From contig CAVNZM010000007.1 in the NCBI GenBank assembly GCA_963693365.1, forward strand, positions 7,995,962 through 8,059,961: a stretch of DNA of 64,000 bases. Direction: 5' to 3'. Under the pieces are notes generated by a model, which saw nothing but the letters and a program-made list of their open reading frames with translations, had not been told where the DNA came from and ran no database searches. Of this stretch, positions 1-14,685 are shown piece by piece. The translations under genes were made by a program, and so were the position numbers. Position 1 is the stretch's first letter; every line of letters begins with the position of its first letter. The DNA comes from Amoebidium appalachense. Lineage: Eukaryota > Protista > Ichthyosporea.

Positions 1-1281
1 AATAATTATGTAAATAGTGTTTTCTTCAAATGTTCAGTACAGAAAAATTATAACTCAATTGGTTCATCGTCAGCGACCGAAAAACCAACTGCACCAAATC
101 TGGTACGTTTTGGTGCTATTTTTAAAATCATAGGTGCCTTGACGGGGGGAGGGGGGGGGGGGGGGGGGGGGGGGGGCAGCTTTGTGCGCATGGTTGGGAA
201 TACAGTCATCTATTACCACTGGTAGTGGTGGTGATGTGTGCACGTTTTGGTGGGATAAGTAACGAATGATAATGTGATGATACGGAAGGAGGTGGGCGGG
301 AGGTGGTGGTGGTGGGGGGGGGGAGGGACGGAATCTGGAACTGCCAATTCGACGGTCTTAAATTTACGAACAAGATGGACCAAGGATGAACTTTTCACTG
401 TTAATGGTTAATCAGGTTGTGGTCGAGAAGGAAAAAGGAAAGGGGGGAGAAAGGGAGGGGGTGGGGAGGTGGGGCGGAGGTGGGGGGGGTGGGGGGTGGG
501 GGGGGGCAGGAGAGAGGGAGATCCCATAACATTCCTGCCCTCCCCCCCATTCACCCTCTCTCTCTCCCCTCCATCCCCACCTACCGATTGTTCCCTCCCA
601 GCCCCCTCCCCTCCCCCCCCCCCCCCCCCCCCCCCCCCCTCCCTGCCCCAACCACCACCACCACCATCACTCACCCACCCATCCACCCATCCACCCACCC
701 ACCCTCCCCTCCCCATCCCTCCCCCCTCCTCCTCACACACAAACACACATCCAACCACCCATCCAATCACGCCCCGCTCCCTCACCACCACCACCACTAC
801 CAACCAATAATAACCAGCCATCCCATTCATCTCTTACAGCCGGAGATTTGTGACAGTAAATGCTGCTTTCCCCCCCCCCCCCCCCTCCCCCCTCCCTCCC
901 TCCCTCCCTCCCTCCCTCCCTCCTCCCCCCTTCCCCCCCCCCCCCCTCCCTCCCAACCCCCGCCGCCGCCATTCACGCACACGCACTTACCCACGACCAC
1001 CAATCAATAATGGTTGCCGTCCCTCCTTGTTGCTCACATAAGTTGCCTCTTGCTCTCTCCTCCCCCTGCCAGGCAGCCCATCACTATTTTCCATCTAGTC
1101 CATATCTACCCCCAAGCATTACACACGGTGGGCAATCCTCTTAGGCTCAGCTCCCCCCTCCTCCCCCGCCCCCGCCCTCCGTCCACCTCCCTCCTCCCCC
1201 GTTTTCCTCTACCCCACGCTCCTCCTCGCTCCCCCTCCAACCCCCCCACCCCCTTCCCCCCTCCCCCCTTCCCCCCCCCCC

Positions 1282-1313
<32 letters not shown>

Positions 1314-1346
1314 ACCACCACCCCTGTTACTTTCGAGCAAAGCCAA

Positions 1347-1392
<46 letters not shown>

Positions 1393-2225
1393 CCCCGGTG
1401 ATCATTATTCCACCCCCAATCACACCAACCAACCCCCTCCCCCCCTCCCCCCCTCCCCCCCCCCCCAAAAAAAAATAACTCAACCTCTTCCCATCCCCCC
1501 TCCCCCTCCCCCCCCCCCCCCCCGGCCTCCCCCCTCCCCCCCCCCCCCCCCCCCCCCCTTCTCCTTCCACTGCCTCCCTCAACCCGCCCTCCCTCCTTCC
1601 CGCAACCTCATCACAGGGTGAGTAATTAACGTAGCCAAACCCTGCCCGTCTCCTTGGCACCGACCGAACCATTACTACTGGGTCTGTTCCATATATAGCT
1701 CCTAAGTGAGTTTCTCTTGCAGTCGCATGCAACCCCCCACCCCCTCCTCTCCCCCAGACCCCCCCTCCAACCCTCAACCACCTAGCCCCTCCCCCCTCCT
1801 TCCCCTTTCCAAAAAGACACTTCCTGCACCCACTAACCATACATATATGACTGCCTTTGTCCCCCCCCCTCCCCCCACGCCCCCCCCCCCCCCTTCCTCC
1901 CAAAAACCCACAAGCCAACCATAACAACGGTCCCATCTCCTCATGTGTTCTGCCCGCCACCCTCTCCCCCCCTTCTCCCCCCCCCCCCCCCCCCCCTCCC
2001 CCCTCCACCTCTCTCTCGCTCATTTCCACGGTCTCCCAATGGCATATACCACCACGTGCACGTATACCACGACGACCAACCAATCATTCTGGGCCAGACA
2101 ACAGTTTTGCTCCTTACGTATCCTCCCCCCCCCCTCCCCCCCCTCCCCCCACCTCTCCCCCCCCCCCCCCCCCCCCCCTTTCCAGCCTATCAGCACACCA
2201 TCCGGCAAGCAGTAGCTAGATACTG

Positions 2226-2270
<45 letters not shown>

Positions 2271-2488
2271 AAAAAAAAAAAAAAAGCATTAGATACTGCA
2301 AAAAAAAGGGTGGGGGGGGGGGGGGGGGGGGAGGGGGCGGAGAAGAAAAAGGGGGATAATAAAATAACACCCAATCATTATCAAACCTGCAGAATGCTAC
2401 CACTCATTATCAGGGTGCTCTTTCGGGCCAGCTCCTCGCCTAAACAGCCCTTTTTTCCTCGTATCTACCCCCCTCTCCCCCCCCCACC

Positions 2489-2520
<32 letters not shown>

Positions 2521-2524
2521 ATGT

Positions 2525-2594
<70 letters not shown>

Positions 2595-3974
2595 ACACAC
2601 ACACAAAAAAAAGAAAAAAAAAAAGCATGTACCCCCTCCCCCGCCGCCCCCAAAAGAAAATAAAAAAAAAGGAAGAAAGAAAGAAAAAAAGAAAAAAAAA
2701 GGGCCACCAATTCGCCACCACCATCCCACCATTACATACCTACATCCCCCCTCCCCACACCCCCATCCCACCCCTTCCCCTCAACACCCACCACCCACCC
2801 GGCCACACATGCACACCAGCAGATGACCAGTGCGCCCCCCTCCCCCCTCCCCCCCCCCCCCCCCCCACACCCCATCCTCCCTCCCCCCCCCCCCCCCCCT
2901 CCCCCCTTCCCCTCCCCCCTCAACCACACATGTTACTGTAGTGCCTTTACGCATCCTAGAGATAAGTCAGCCAAGGAAAATCGACATGCTATCATTTTTA
3001 CCCCCGCTACTTAAGTTCGGTAACTGGCGGCAGACCCGAAGCGGGTAGTTGATGCAAGCGACTCGGCGTATGACATCATTATGCTATTGAAAACGGCTAA
3101 GATATGTTTTGGTTGACTGTAGAACTCGGCCTATACGTGCAGGAAACATTCAAATCCTTTACAAGGCAGCATATATACACGTCCAATTAGACTATGGTTT
3201 TCCCCCTGAGGGACTATGTAGGCAGCGGCCCTGCTGCATCTTCTGCACGGTGCAAGTAATCGATGTGGTTTGCCCGTCCCATCCCCCCTTCTCCCATCCC
3301 CCTCCCCCCCCTCCCCCCCCCGCACCTCCACCCCTCCTCTTCCTTCAAACCTCCGCCATCCTCCCTACCCCGCCTTGCACACACACACACACACACACAA
3401 ACCGGCGCCCATACTGATATGCACACGGGCATCATCGTGCAAAGTGAACCATTCACGCCCATATACTTGTCCACCCGTGCCTGACAACGTACATGATGCG
3501 CCGGGAGCTTTTTATATATATAAGGTGTTCAAATGAGCGGCTCTATGACCTGCAGAAAGGTTCGACCGGGTGAGAGACTAGGTAAGTAAGTAAACATATC
3601 CGAGATGGGGAAGTGAATGAAACTGCAAAAGGTTGAGGAAAGCAGAAGGGAGGGGGCGGGGAGGGGGGGGGGGGGGGGGGTTGGAGGGGAAAAGGCAAGT
3701 GAAAGGGGACGATGGGGGAGGAGGAGGGGGGGGGGGGGGGGGGGGGAGGAGGGGGCGGGGAGCAGTTCCGGCAAGGGCACCTGGCCCCGGCGTTCAAGGC
3801 AAGGCCGGCGAGAACAGAGGTCAGCACTGAATATATAACTGCAGGAAACTTTCATTTCAATGAGTATTAATGTGGGTTTGGTCCCCCAATTTGAATTCAA
3901 ATGAATGCCGTGTGTTCAAACTCTCTAAGTGTTAAGGGGCATCATGAAAAATTAGGTTTAAAAAAACTGCGGGA

Positions 3975-4005
<31 letters not shown>

Positions 4006-4513
4006 TGCGTCACGTGGGCGCACATGTGTCCCCGTGTGTGTGCGCAACGGGCACACACACTTGTGTCCGTATGTGGAAGTGTGTATGGCAACGAATTCTA
4101 AGATGTGTGGCAGTGTGGGTGTGTGTGTGTGGTTATTTGTGTGTGTTGGGAGGTTTGGTGCTATAGGGGGGGGAAGGAGGGGGGGGAGAGTGGTGTGGTG
4201 TGGTGTGGTATGGTGTGTATATACGTGGGTGGTTGAGTGTTGGTACACATGTCATAGTAGTGCATGCGAGTGGAAATTGTGTTGTGTGCCCGGTGTGTTC
4301 GTGCACGTACATGCACTACATCACAGGGCATACACTGGCACAGTACACATGCCAGTACGGTAAACACTGCCACGAGAAGGAATAATTCGAATTTCTTTGT
4401 AGATGGGGGTTTCTGTGTCGAAAGACACAGAGCCAAGGACCAGAAAGGGATTTTAAATGAAGTAGCTTTATAAGCCTTTATTTTTTTATTCTTTTTTTAT
4501 TCTTTTTTTTTTT

Positions 4514-4552
<39 letters not shown>

Positions 4553-4678
4553 TTGTTTTTTTCTTTTCCTTTCCTTTTTTTTTCTCTCTTTTTCTTTTCT
4601 CTCTCTCTCTTTTTTTTTTTTTTTGGAGGGGGGGGGGGGGGGGGGGAGGGGGGGGGGATCGGGGGATACGGAAAAGGG

Positions 4679-4779
<101 letters not shown>

Positions 4780-4897
4780 CACACACAGCATCCACGCATA
4801 CCGAGGCACCCATTCACCTCGTCGACGAAGTCCAACTCAGATACTGCCTTAACACTGCTTCACCAATTGAACATGGGCGGAAGGGGCGGGCGGGGCA

Positions 4898-4935
<38 letters not shown>

Positions 4936-5601
4936 CTGCTAAATGAGTGTTTCATAAAGGAGCATAACACTAACAAGGTGAATCGCAAGACAAACCAAAC
5001 CCTGGTGACCCAGACCCATAGAGGCCACCGTGAGGGTACAGCACTGAAGGATAGCTCAAGGGATTGCAGAGCCAGAAATGTGGGCAGGAAGGGTGTCGTG
5101 GTGTCGAGTTGTGTTGGGAAGATGTTCAGAAGGTGTAGGAAGTTTGGTTCTGGGAGGGAAGGGGCGGGGGGGGGGGGGGGGGGGGGGGGGGGTAGGGAAG
5201 AGGTTCAGAGAGACCGTGTGTGCATGGGAGAGAGGTTGTGTGAAGAGAGGGAGGGAGTGAGGGACAGAGAGAAAGGGAATGAAGGGGGGGGGGGGGGGGG
5301 GGGGATAGAGAGAGGGTGTGTGTGTGTGTGTGTGTGTCATGAGGAGTATGAAGAGAAAGGGGGAGGGGGAGGGGGGGGGGGGGGGGAAGAGAGAGGAAGA
5401 AAGGAGGAGGAATGAAGGAGGGAGGGAAAGCACGGGGGAGAGACGGCAGGCAGGGGGGGGGGGGGGGGGGGGGGGAGGAAGGGGGGACGAGAAATGAAAA
5501 TAAGAGGGGGAAAAGGCGACCGTGTGTGCATGTAAGAACTGACGGTGCTGTGTGAATGAAGGGGTGGGGAGGGGGGAGGGGGGAGGGGGGAGGGGGAGGG
5601 G

Positions 5602-5648
<47 letters not shown>

Positions 5649-6008
5649 TGTGTGTGTGTGTATACATACATATACATAGAGAGAGACGAGAGGGGGGGGT
5701 TACACTGTTTATTCGAGACACAGAGAGAGACAGACGAGAGGGGAGGGGGGAGGGGGAAGGGAGGGATGGAGGGAGAGGGAGACGGAGGGAGGGAGTGGGG
5801 GGAGGGGGGGGAGAAGGGAGGGAAAGCAGGGAGGGGGGAGGGAGGGAGGGAGGGACGGACGGACAGACGGAGGGAGGGAGAGGGAGAGAGGGGTGGGGAA
5901 GGGAGGAAAGGAGAGAGGGCAGGGTACCGGGGAGGGGGGAGGGAGGGGGCGAGGGAGGGAGGTAGGGAGGGGAGGGGGGGGGGGGGGAGGGGGGGGGAGG
6001 GAGAGGGA

Positions 6009-6088
<80 letters not shown>

Positions 6089-6301
6089 AGGTAGGGAGGG
6101 AGGGACGGACGGAGGGGGGGGGGGGGGGAGGGAGGGAGGGAGGGAGGGAGGGAGGGGGGGAGGGAGGGAGGGAGGGAGGGAGGGAGGGAGAGAGAGAGAG
6201 AGAACATGCATAGCCTAAAAGTAAAGTGAGTTCCTCAATCTTTGCTCATGCACGGAGATGGGCTGGGAGGATGGAAAGAATGGGAAAGGGGAGAAGTGTG
6301 T

Positions 6302-6332
<31 letters not shown>

Positions 6333-7407
6333 GGGAGGGGGGGGGGTTCGTGGCTGTAAAATGTTGATGCCAGTCGATTGGGCCATGTTATAATGATTAC
6401 AGAGCAAAAGTACGTGGCCCAAAGTTTGCGTGTGGAGTTGGAGATCTGAAAAAATTTCTTTACCGATGTGAGTGATCCCAAGAGTTGACAAAAAGAACTA
6501 AAAAGAAACAAGGACAACCCCAAAAAAAGGGTGGATGGGTGGGTGTGGGAGGGGAGGGTGGTGGTGGTGGGGGGGGGGGGGGGGGGAGGGGGAGGGGGAG
6601 GGGGGGGGGGGGGGGGGGGGAGACGCTCAGGTAGCTCAACGCATTAGAAGAAGATTAGTCAAAAGGTGGTAGACTGTAATTACTGAAACGTGTGCAGCAG
6701 AGGTTGGAATGCAAAGGAAAGAAAGGAAGAGGGGGGAGGAGGGGGGGAGCACAAAAGTCGAGAGATGGGAAACTGTAATTACATAACCGTGTGCAGTACG
6801 TGTTGGGAATACCGAAGAAAGAAGATGGGGGGGGGGGGGGGGGGGGAAGCAAAGCGCAAAAGGAAGGGGGGAGAGGGGGGGGGGGGGGGGAGGGGGGGCA
6901 CATACCCTAAATCATTGTGTCAGAACAAGAACCACTTTCGTGATGCTGAGACCGCGGGTGAAATTACTTAAATGAGAATGGTGACCGGCCGGCATCCGAC
7001 TAGGAGGTCAAGCTAGGCTCTGTAGTTTGTAACAAGTGCTGCTGGTAAGGACACAACTCAGGGCTCTACTCAAATGCTCTACTCGGTATGCTCCAAGTTA
7101 CCTTGTTTGGGTGGCTTTGAACGGATCCCCAGTCCCCAACCCGCAAGCTTCTACCATCCTAACACTATTAGCTGAAAATCATGAGACCTGTAACGCTTCG
7201 CCTCAAATCCACAGGACGACAACCTCAAGTAAGTGCGTAAGTCACGGAAAAGACACACGTAACCTGTGACTGTTTGCAGAACGCTTTGCCGCGTTCTGCA
7301 AACTTTGAAAGGCGGCCCACCAGCTCATGTATGCATAACCTGCCGCAACAACTGCTCAATGCCAGCAGTGCGTGATTGGTAGAATCAGCTTGCGCAAGCA
7401 TGACATA

Positions 7408-8465
7408 CATTAAACCGCTCGAATTTGGGACGATTTTTGAATCCCGTCATAAATTTGGGACACTTTTAATTGGCCCTCGGCGCATCACCCGGACTTGGGT
7501 CCATTATTACGTTTTTCCCGTCCTTTTTGAATGCCAGCGTGTCTGGTTGGCTGCCCAACCCGGCAGCCAAGTTTGAAAATAAAGGGCCGTTTTCTACCAG
7601 CCACCACAGCAGAGCAAAGCACATCCTCTTTCGAAAACATAGGAACTCCTCATCCTCACTCTAAGGATTTCCTCTCACGTAGCCTCACATCTTTCATATG
7701 CTTTGTACTTTTAATGCCCATTTATCACACACCCTTGCCCCACAGACAGAATGGGGTTCCCAACATGAGTGCACAAGGGCAGAAAAGGCGCAAGCCACAG
7801 CAGAGGAGATAGAGGCAGCGTTTCTAGAACACAAAAATAAGACACATGAAGAGCGATGTGATTTAGCTGCAGAGCACGTGAAGCATAATATTTATTCTTA
7901 CAGGGAAGTACCCGTTTTATCAGTATCCATACCCCGGACAGATGTAGAGGTATGCTAACAGTACAGGAAGAGCATGCGTGTGTAGGTTGCACTTGTAGTA
8001 CAGAACGACGCCTTTAGGACGGTCACAGGCAATAGGTTGTATGATGTGTTCAGTTTATTTTGTAAAAAAAGGCACCCTTGAAGCCTCGTTGAGTGTACAG
8101 ACTGGTTTGAAAGCTAGAGAAGGCCCCAGGGGTGGGCAACGGTGAAAGGAACAGCGAGAACACACCCAGCTGGTGCATGTGCGTCAGCATGTTCGTCTGC
8201 ATATGCGTCTATGCAACACGTGTCCCAAATAAAAATGCATTTTGAATTCAGAATGAAATTTGCAAGATGATACCCTAGGCTACATTCACGTGTCTAAGTC
8301 GTCGGAAACGTGTTTTATGAACCTCAGCGCTTATATACTGGGGTAGCCATGTGCCAGGGCTTGCTGGGGATGCTCGAATGTTCCAGAAAAAAGCTAAAAA
8401 TAGCTACCCATAAGCGCTCGATCAGCGAAGACGCGAAAAGTGTCCCAAATTCGAGCGGTTTACTG
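7408..8465 (+). mobile_element. Non-autonomous or degenerate Tc1/mariner-superfamily (pogo-like) DNA transposon, about 1.06 kb
   Basis: 24-bp terminal inverted repeats: left CATTAAACCGCTCGAATTTGGGAC (7408-7431); right reads CAGTAAACCGCTCGAATTTGGGAC on the - strand (8442-8465), 1 mismatch. TA flanks both ends (7406-7407, 8466-8467). The TTTGGGACAC core recurs internally (~7454; inverted ~8220). A frameshifted fragment at ~7765-7960 (MSAQGQKRRK / ATAEEIEAAFLEHKNKTHEERCDLAAEHVKHNIYSYREV) resembles a pogo N-terminal HTH; no DDE domain is visible. Confidence 0.85.
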
Positions 8466-10896
8466 TAGGGCCTCCGCCGCCCAGCGCGTTAGGATTATAA
8501 AGGTCGACCGATCTTTAATAAGTCATGGCAGTAGCCACTTGGATCTTTTTTAATCGACCAACTTCGTGGTGCTGTTAAGACCTACATATTTCATGCTGCA
8601 TCAATTCAGAAGGCCAACAGGACTACATTGCGAACCACCTCATTGGAATGGATCCATTTGCCGCGCTCAAACTGTGAAGGTTATATTCGCCGACATTCGA
8701 CGGGGGTAAAATATTCGGAAAAGACGTTCTGATTGGTCATATGCGCACCGTTGTTTTGATCATGGTATGCATTTCGGCATATTTTTGAGTACACTGATTC
8801 AGTGATTGGGCAGCGCTGGCCTGAGGCTGCTACTACCCTGCTAGCGCTACTGAATGACCAAAATGGGCTTATTTTAGATAAAATAACAAATATAATGCTT
8901 TTTATTGCTTTTTAAGGGTCTATTTGTACATATAGTGTGTGTGAGGGATGCGTTTCTATTATAGTAATCTAGAACCCTTCTAGCGCTAGCGGCTAGATTT
9001 ACAGACCACGTGCACACGTGGCACGTTCAGTGCCTTCTGCGTGTTATGAATGCTTGGCTAGAACTGAGCGGTTACAGTGTACCTGTTTTGCCTGTAGTAA
9101 TTCAATGCAATTGAAGTAGCTATGGAAACAACTCAAACAATAGCTGAGCGCGCGATATCAAGTTCCAGAGAGACCCAAAATTGCAGCATCATATGAGGAC
9201 GCCGGCAAATTCGAAAAGAGAGTCCAATAGTATTTTTACACGTCTTCCCAACCTATTTATGTTATTGAATCTTCCATGGACCATTCTATAGATAGATCTG
9301 GCTGGCTTAGGACGAGTAAGTGGGTGCAAACCAGACGGCCTTGGTTCGTCAACGTAGAGGATGCATACGTATTTGATGGGAACTATGTTCAATGAAATCC
9401 GCTTTTAGCTTAGTAAGTAACTAATGGCTAGATTTATCCATCATTGTTTAGAGCACATGCAGATATCCGATAGTATGCCTCATGATCAGTGACCTACCTA
9501 TATATCTATAATAGTACTATGGTTTTGAAGATGAATCATTCATGGGTGTGAGCCACATATGTTTGCCCGAAACAGCACCTACTGCTTCTGCAACAATATG
9601 CAGCTGCATGAGAATGGCGTCCCTACATATTATTATGCTCTCGTTAAAACTTTATCACCAGTCTGGTGTCGTTATATACATATTTTCTTTTTTGTTGGTC
9701 ATCATTATCTTTAAATCTTTGCCGGGCCACTCTAGCTGGGCTGTGCCACGTGTTCGATCCTGATCAGCTCGGATCTAAAATCCGATGGAAGTTCGAACTT
9801 CGAGCTCCCCCTCCAGTCTCAGAGTTTACCGTTACCAGTGGCAAACATACGTGACAAAACATCAGCGAGATTCTATTAGCTCACCAATCACCCTCTGCCT
9901 CTAACCTCCCTAGCCCCTCCCTTTCCCCCCCCCGCCCCCCCACCTCCCCCTCCCCCCACCTCCCCCCTTCTCCCCCCCCCCCCTCCCCCCTCCCCCCGGA
10001 TCCCCTCTCCCCCCTTTCTGAATCCCCTTCTCCCTCCATGCTCGCCTTCCTTCCTCCCACAAAAACAAACACATTCCCTTGACTAGCAAGCAAACGCTCA
10101 GGAACATCCTAGAGAGATCGGCTCTCATTCAAACCCGGTAAGCATGAACATGTAAAGGTACACGTACCCATTGAGAATTGTTGGTAACACACATGAACGG
10201 AAACAATATTCAATAAACGTTGATACAAAATCATTATATGCTCGTTCAGTGCCTATAGACATACCCCATCTCAAACGTAAGCCTCCTTCCCCATTCCTTC
10301 CCCCCCCCCCCCCCCCCTCCCCCCCTTCTCCTATCCCCCCACCTGCTCTTCTCCCTCCAGCCATCAACCCTCCCCCCCTTCCCGGCCCCCTCTGAGTCCC
10401 CGGACCTCTACCCCCTCCTTCACCATTTCCCATCCAACCCCCTCCCCCTACCCCCCCCCCCCCCTCCCTCCCCCTACCCCCCCCCCCCTCCCCCCTCCCC
10501 CCCCCCCCCCCCCCCCCCCCCCTCCTTCCCCTCCCTTTAGCCCATCCCGGGCCTCTCCTCCCCCTCCTTCCCGTTGCCTTATCCTAGCCCAGAAAATAAC
10601 TTCGCAACTCCCCCATCCTATCCCAGAAAATAACTTCGCAACTAACTAAATGAAATAAATAACTAAATAAAAGAATTCAACGGAAAAAAACAATACTTCT
10701 CCGCTCACACATAATCACCTTCCTTCCACCTCTAAGCAATTGTGCTCACCAACTTAAGCCCCTGCCATTGGGAATGTTCATGTAGTCAGGGTAGAGGTTC
10801 CCTTGTACACGTTGCCTGCCCATTTTCCCTCTTTGAGCCACCCCATTAAATCTCCGTTGTCATGCAGGTTGAACTGCATTAAAACTAGTACCAGAG

Positions 10897-10963
<67 letters not shown>

Positions 10964-11168
10964 TGTGTGTGTGTTATTTTCTATTTTTAGTTTATCCCGT
11001 TTTGTTCTCAGAGAGACTCCGAAGCGGGCCCTCATAGGAACTACCAACTTCCACACAGCACCGAATGTTCCCTAATTTTGGGGCTGAAGGTGCAAGAAGC
11101 TAACACTCCGTTACAAATCCTAACTCCTACTACACTGAGCCCAGGGTTTGCACCCCAGCCTCGCCGAT

Positions 11169-11207
<39 letters not shown>

Positions 11208-11208
11208 A

Positions 11209-11247
<39 letters not shown>

Positions 11248-11695
11248 ACGTGCACGGCGCGCGCTTGTGTATCTTTGTCTGAGTGTGTGTGTGTGTGTGT
11301 TGGGGTGGGGGAGGGGGGGATGGGGGTGGTTGGTGGTGGTCGTGGGGAGGGCATGAAGCATGAGGGGGGGGAAAGAGAGAGGGACACACCGATCCTTCGC
11401 CTGCCCCACAATGGCCTGGCAGTGTTGTCAGTATCATGTCATCCCCAATTGTGGAGCGGGTATATACCAAGAATGGTGTAAAATTGATCAAAGGCCGTGG
11501 TGATGCATGCAAACACTAATGGATAAGATCTGGGCACTTGCCATTGGGTCGGGGCCAAGTGGTGGTTATGCATGCGAAGGGGGGGGGGGGGGGGGGGGGG
11601 AGGGGGGGCACCAATCAACCCACCAAGTTGACCCCCATTTTCCCCCAACCCGCACCACAACCAAACACGTTTAAACACCTTTTTAACACAAGCGG

Positions 11696-11826
11696 GCACA
11701 CACACACACATACGCGAACACACAGACACACACAGACACACACACAAACACGTACATTAACACGCACGAACACACACACACATGCAAACACACACACACA
11801 CACACACACGCTCGCGCACGCGCGCG

Positions 11827-11866
<40 letters not shown>

Positions 11867-12260
11867 ACACATAGAAAACACACAATCACACCTCCACACA
11901 CACACTGTTGCACGCACACATGGGCGCACAAAAGCACAAACACGTGCACACACATCCGCATATACAAACATATATATTGTCAAGAAGCACCAAACCTTTC
12001 GCGCGCGCGCACACACACGCACACACACATGCAACACACACAAGCATGCGCGCGCGCGCGCGCGCGCACGCGCGCACACACGCATACTAAACATACACGG
12101 TATCGCACAGTCACAAACAGAGAGAGCGGGAGAGAGAAACATAAATAGGTATGCATTCTGTACGATACTAATAGACGCATTGGCTAATCGAGCCATTCAT
12201 TGAACACAGATTTACACACTGACACTCACACACACACACACGCACACACACACACACACA
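11696..12260. repeat. Compound (CA)n/(CG)n microsatellite region
   Basis: Alternating purine-pyrimidine runs, with (CG)n stretches at ~11815-11835, ~12000-12010 and ~12048-12075. Confidence 0.9.
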
Positions 12261-12344
12261 CCGTCACGTGACACACAACATGAGCATAGCAATATGGAGA
12301 AAAAGGCTGACAAACATGCAAATGATACGAAGTACAGAACCCGC

Positions 12345-12688
12345 CCGCCATTAAGAACTCCCACAAAAAACATGGTCGCGGTGCATATTCTTGAAGTTTT
12401 TGCATGGCCGCTATCATATTCTTAAACGGCACGGGACCCCGGGGGGGGGGGGGGGGGGGGAGGGGGGGGGGGACGGGGGAGACATGGGGAGGGGAGAGTT
12501 GGGGTGTGTGTAGTGAGGGGGGGGGGGGGGGGAAGGGGAGGGGGAGGGGGAAGGGGGGAGGGGGGGGAGAGGAGGGGAGGAGTATGCATGATCCAGCAAA
12601 GTTTTTAGGTCAGTCCGCCGTTAAGAATATCCCAAAATCTGGGTGCGGTGCATATTGAACTTGGTCGCTAGCGTATTCTTATTGGCGG
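12345..12688. repeat. Two diverged copies of a ~75-85 bp hairpin-ended unit separated by a G-rich spacer
   Basis: Copy 1 at 12345-12430, copy 2 at 12615-12688. Both follow CCGCCRTTAAGAA...GCGGTGCATATT...TGGYCGCTA...TATTCTTA..GGC. The arms of copy 2 (CCGCCGTTAAGAATA and TATTCTTATTGGCGG) are inverted repeats. Confidence 0.65.
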
Positions 12689-12714
12689 GAGGTGGAAGGT
12701 ATCTCAGACACAAC

Positions 12715-12929
12715 CACCAACCCACCCACCATGTTGTCCCCCCCCCTCCCCCCCCCCCTCCCCCTCCTGCCTTCCTCCCCCCGCACACAAATCACACACA
12801 TATACACCTACTGTAAGTTCCTAATAAATACAACGGCCACCTACCCACCAACTGAAGTTGGACCCACAAGTACTGTCACGCACGCATGCACACACACATA
12901 CAAACACATGCAGACACACATCCACACAG

Positions 12930-13004
<75 letters not shown>

Positions 13005-13660
13005 GAGAGAGGACGGCAGCGATCGGAGAGTTTAACAAACACACATACACATACAAGCACATAATAAACACAACACCAACCCACCCACCTCGTGGATCTC
13101 CCCCTCCCCCCCCCCCTTCCCCCGCACCCCTTGTTCCCTCCCGCACACACAACACACATATACCCCCCTCCCCCCCCCGGACACAAACCACAATATACAC
13201 ATACTATAAGTTCCTAATAAATACACCCACCCACCCATCCACCAAAGTCGAGTCCACAAACACATGCACGAGCGCGCACACACGCACACACACGCACACA
13301 CACGCACGCACGCACACACACACACACAAGCACACACACAGAAGAGAGAGAGACTCGGGGAGACAGAGATCGTAGAGGCTGACAAACACACATACATATA
13401 CAAATATAAAGCACATAACCACCACCGCGGACCAACCCACCTAGTGATCCCCCTCCCCACCTCCTCCCCCCCCGCTTTCTTCCCGCACGCACAACACATG
13501 TATAACCTCCCCCCCCCCCTCTCCCCGCGCACACAAACCAGACACGTACACATATTTTAAGTTCTTAATAGACACACCCACCCATCCCCCCACTGAAGTT
13601 GGACCCACATACTCACACGCACACACACACGCACACACACACGCTCGCGCGCGCGCACAA
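12715..13660. repeat. Degenerate complex tandem repeat, 3 units of ~350-400 bp with embedded (CA)n and C-runs
   Basis: The core AAGTTCYTAATARAYAC...CCACC...AAGTYGRRYCCACA recurs at ~12815, ~13208 and ~13559. Confidence 0.75.
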
Positions 13661-13673
13661 ACACACACACACA

Positions 13674-13742
<69 letters not shown>

Positions 13743-13766
13743 CAACACACACACACGCACAAATCA

Positions 13767-13805
<39 letters not shown>

Positions 13806-13901
13806 CACACACACACACATGTAGCAACGCACACACACACACGCACACACACACACACACAGACACACACACACACCACACACACACACACATGTAACAG
13901 C

Positions 13902-13952
<51 letters not shown>

Positions 13953-14039
13953 CCCTGCTACACGTGCACACAGCAGGAGATGCAGTTGAACAGGCCTCAA
14001 GTACGACGTTGAAGATGACTGAAACAGAAATGAGGAGGT

Positions 14040-14116
14040 CCAATCGAGCCAATCGGAAGAGAGCACGTGAATGAGTTTCTAGCCAATAGAATGGAGGTGA
14101 TGCCTGGCCCAATCGG
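14040..14116. promoter_or_regulatory. Cluster of four CCAAT boxes, a promoter-like island
   Basis: CCAAT at ~14040, ~14049, ~14083 and ~14109 in a unique-sequence island between microsatellite tracts. No associated coding gene was identified. Confidence 0.35.
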
Positions 14117-14649
14117 ACGTAGCCTACATGGTGATATTGCTCTAAATTCCATTCGATCATGTGAAACTTTCCCATGGGTCTGTGACCTAGCATACAGGGT
14201 GCAAAATCGCCGACCGACTGACAGCCAGCTGTTGCAATTGATGAAAACGGAGTTCTGAGTTTGTGTTTCACGTTGCCTTTTGCTGTGGATTCCTGTGTAG
14301 TCCCACGTTTCTCCTAGGGCGGGGGAAGCTGGGTTTAGGTGGGTAGTTATATAAGGGATTGACTTCTTGGCAGTCTGGATTGCAGAAAGTTTACGGCATG
14401 GTGATTGTGTAGAAAACGCACACTAGTGTACACCTGTGTGCAAACGTGTGTATGTTCCATGAAGTTCGTGATACCTCGTTTCCTCTAGCGTTTTCCGTTC
14501 AAAATTTATCTCTCAGTGTTTTGTGTGCCTGTTTTGTTTTTTCTTTCTTTCTCAAGGCTTCTTTTGCCTGTTCACATTAGCAAGTGGTCATCCAGAGAGA
14601 GTGGGTTGTGATGACAGAAATAGTGTGTGTGGACGGCTTGTGTGTGTGT

Positions 14650-14685
<36 letters not shown>

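Noticed and set aside
10588-10643. 22-bp direct repeat CCCAGAAAATAACTTCGCAACT x2 (and a similar 22-bp doublet at ~27586-27628)
   Set aside because: Ordinary local slippage duplications with no further structure.
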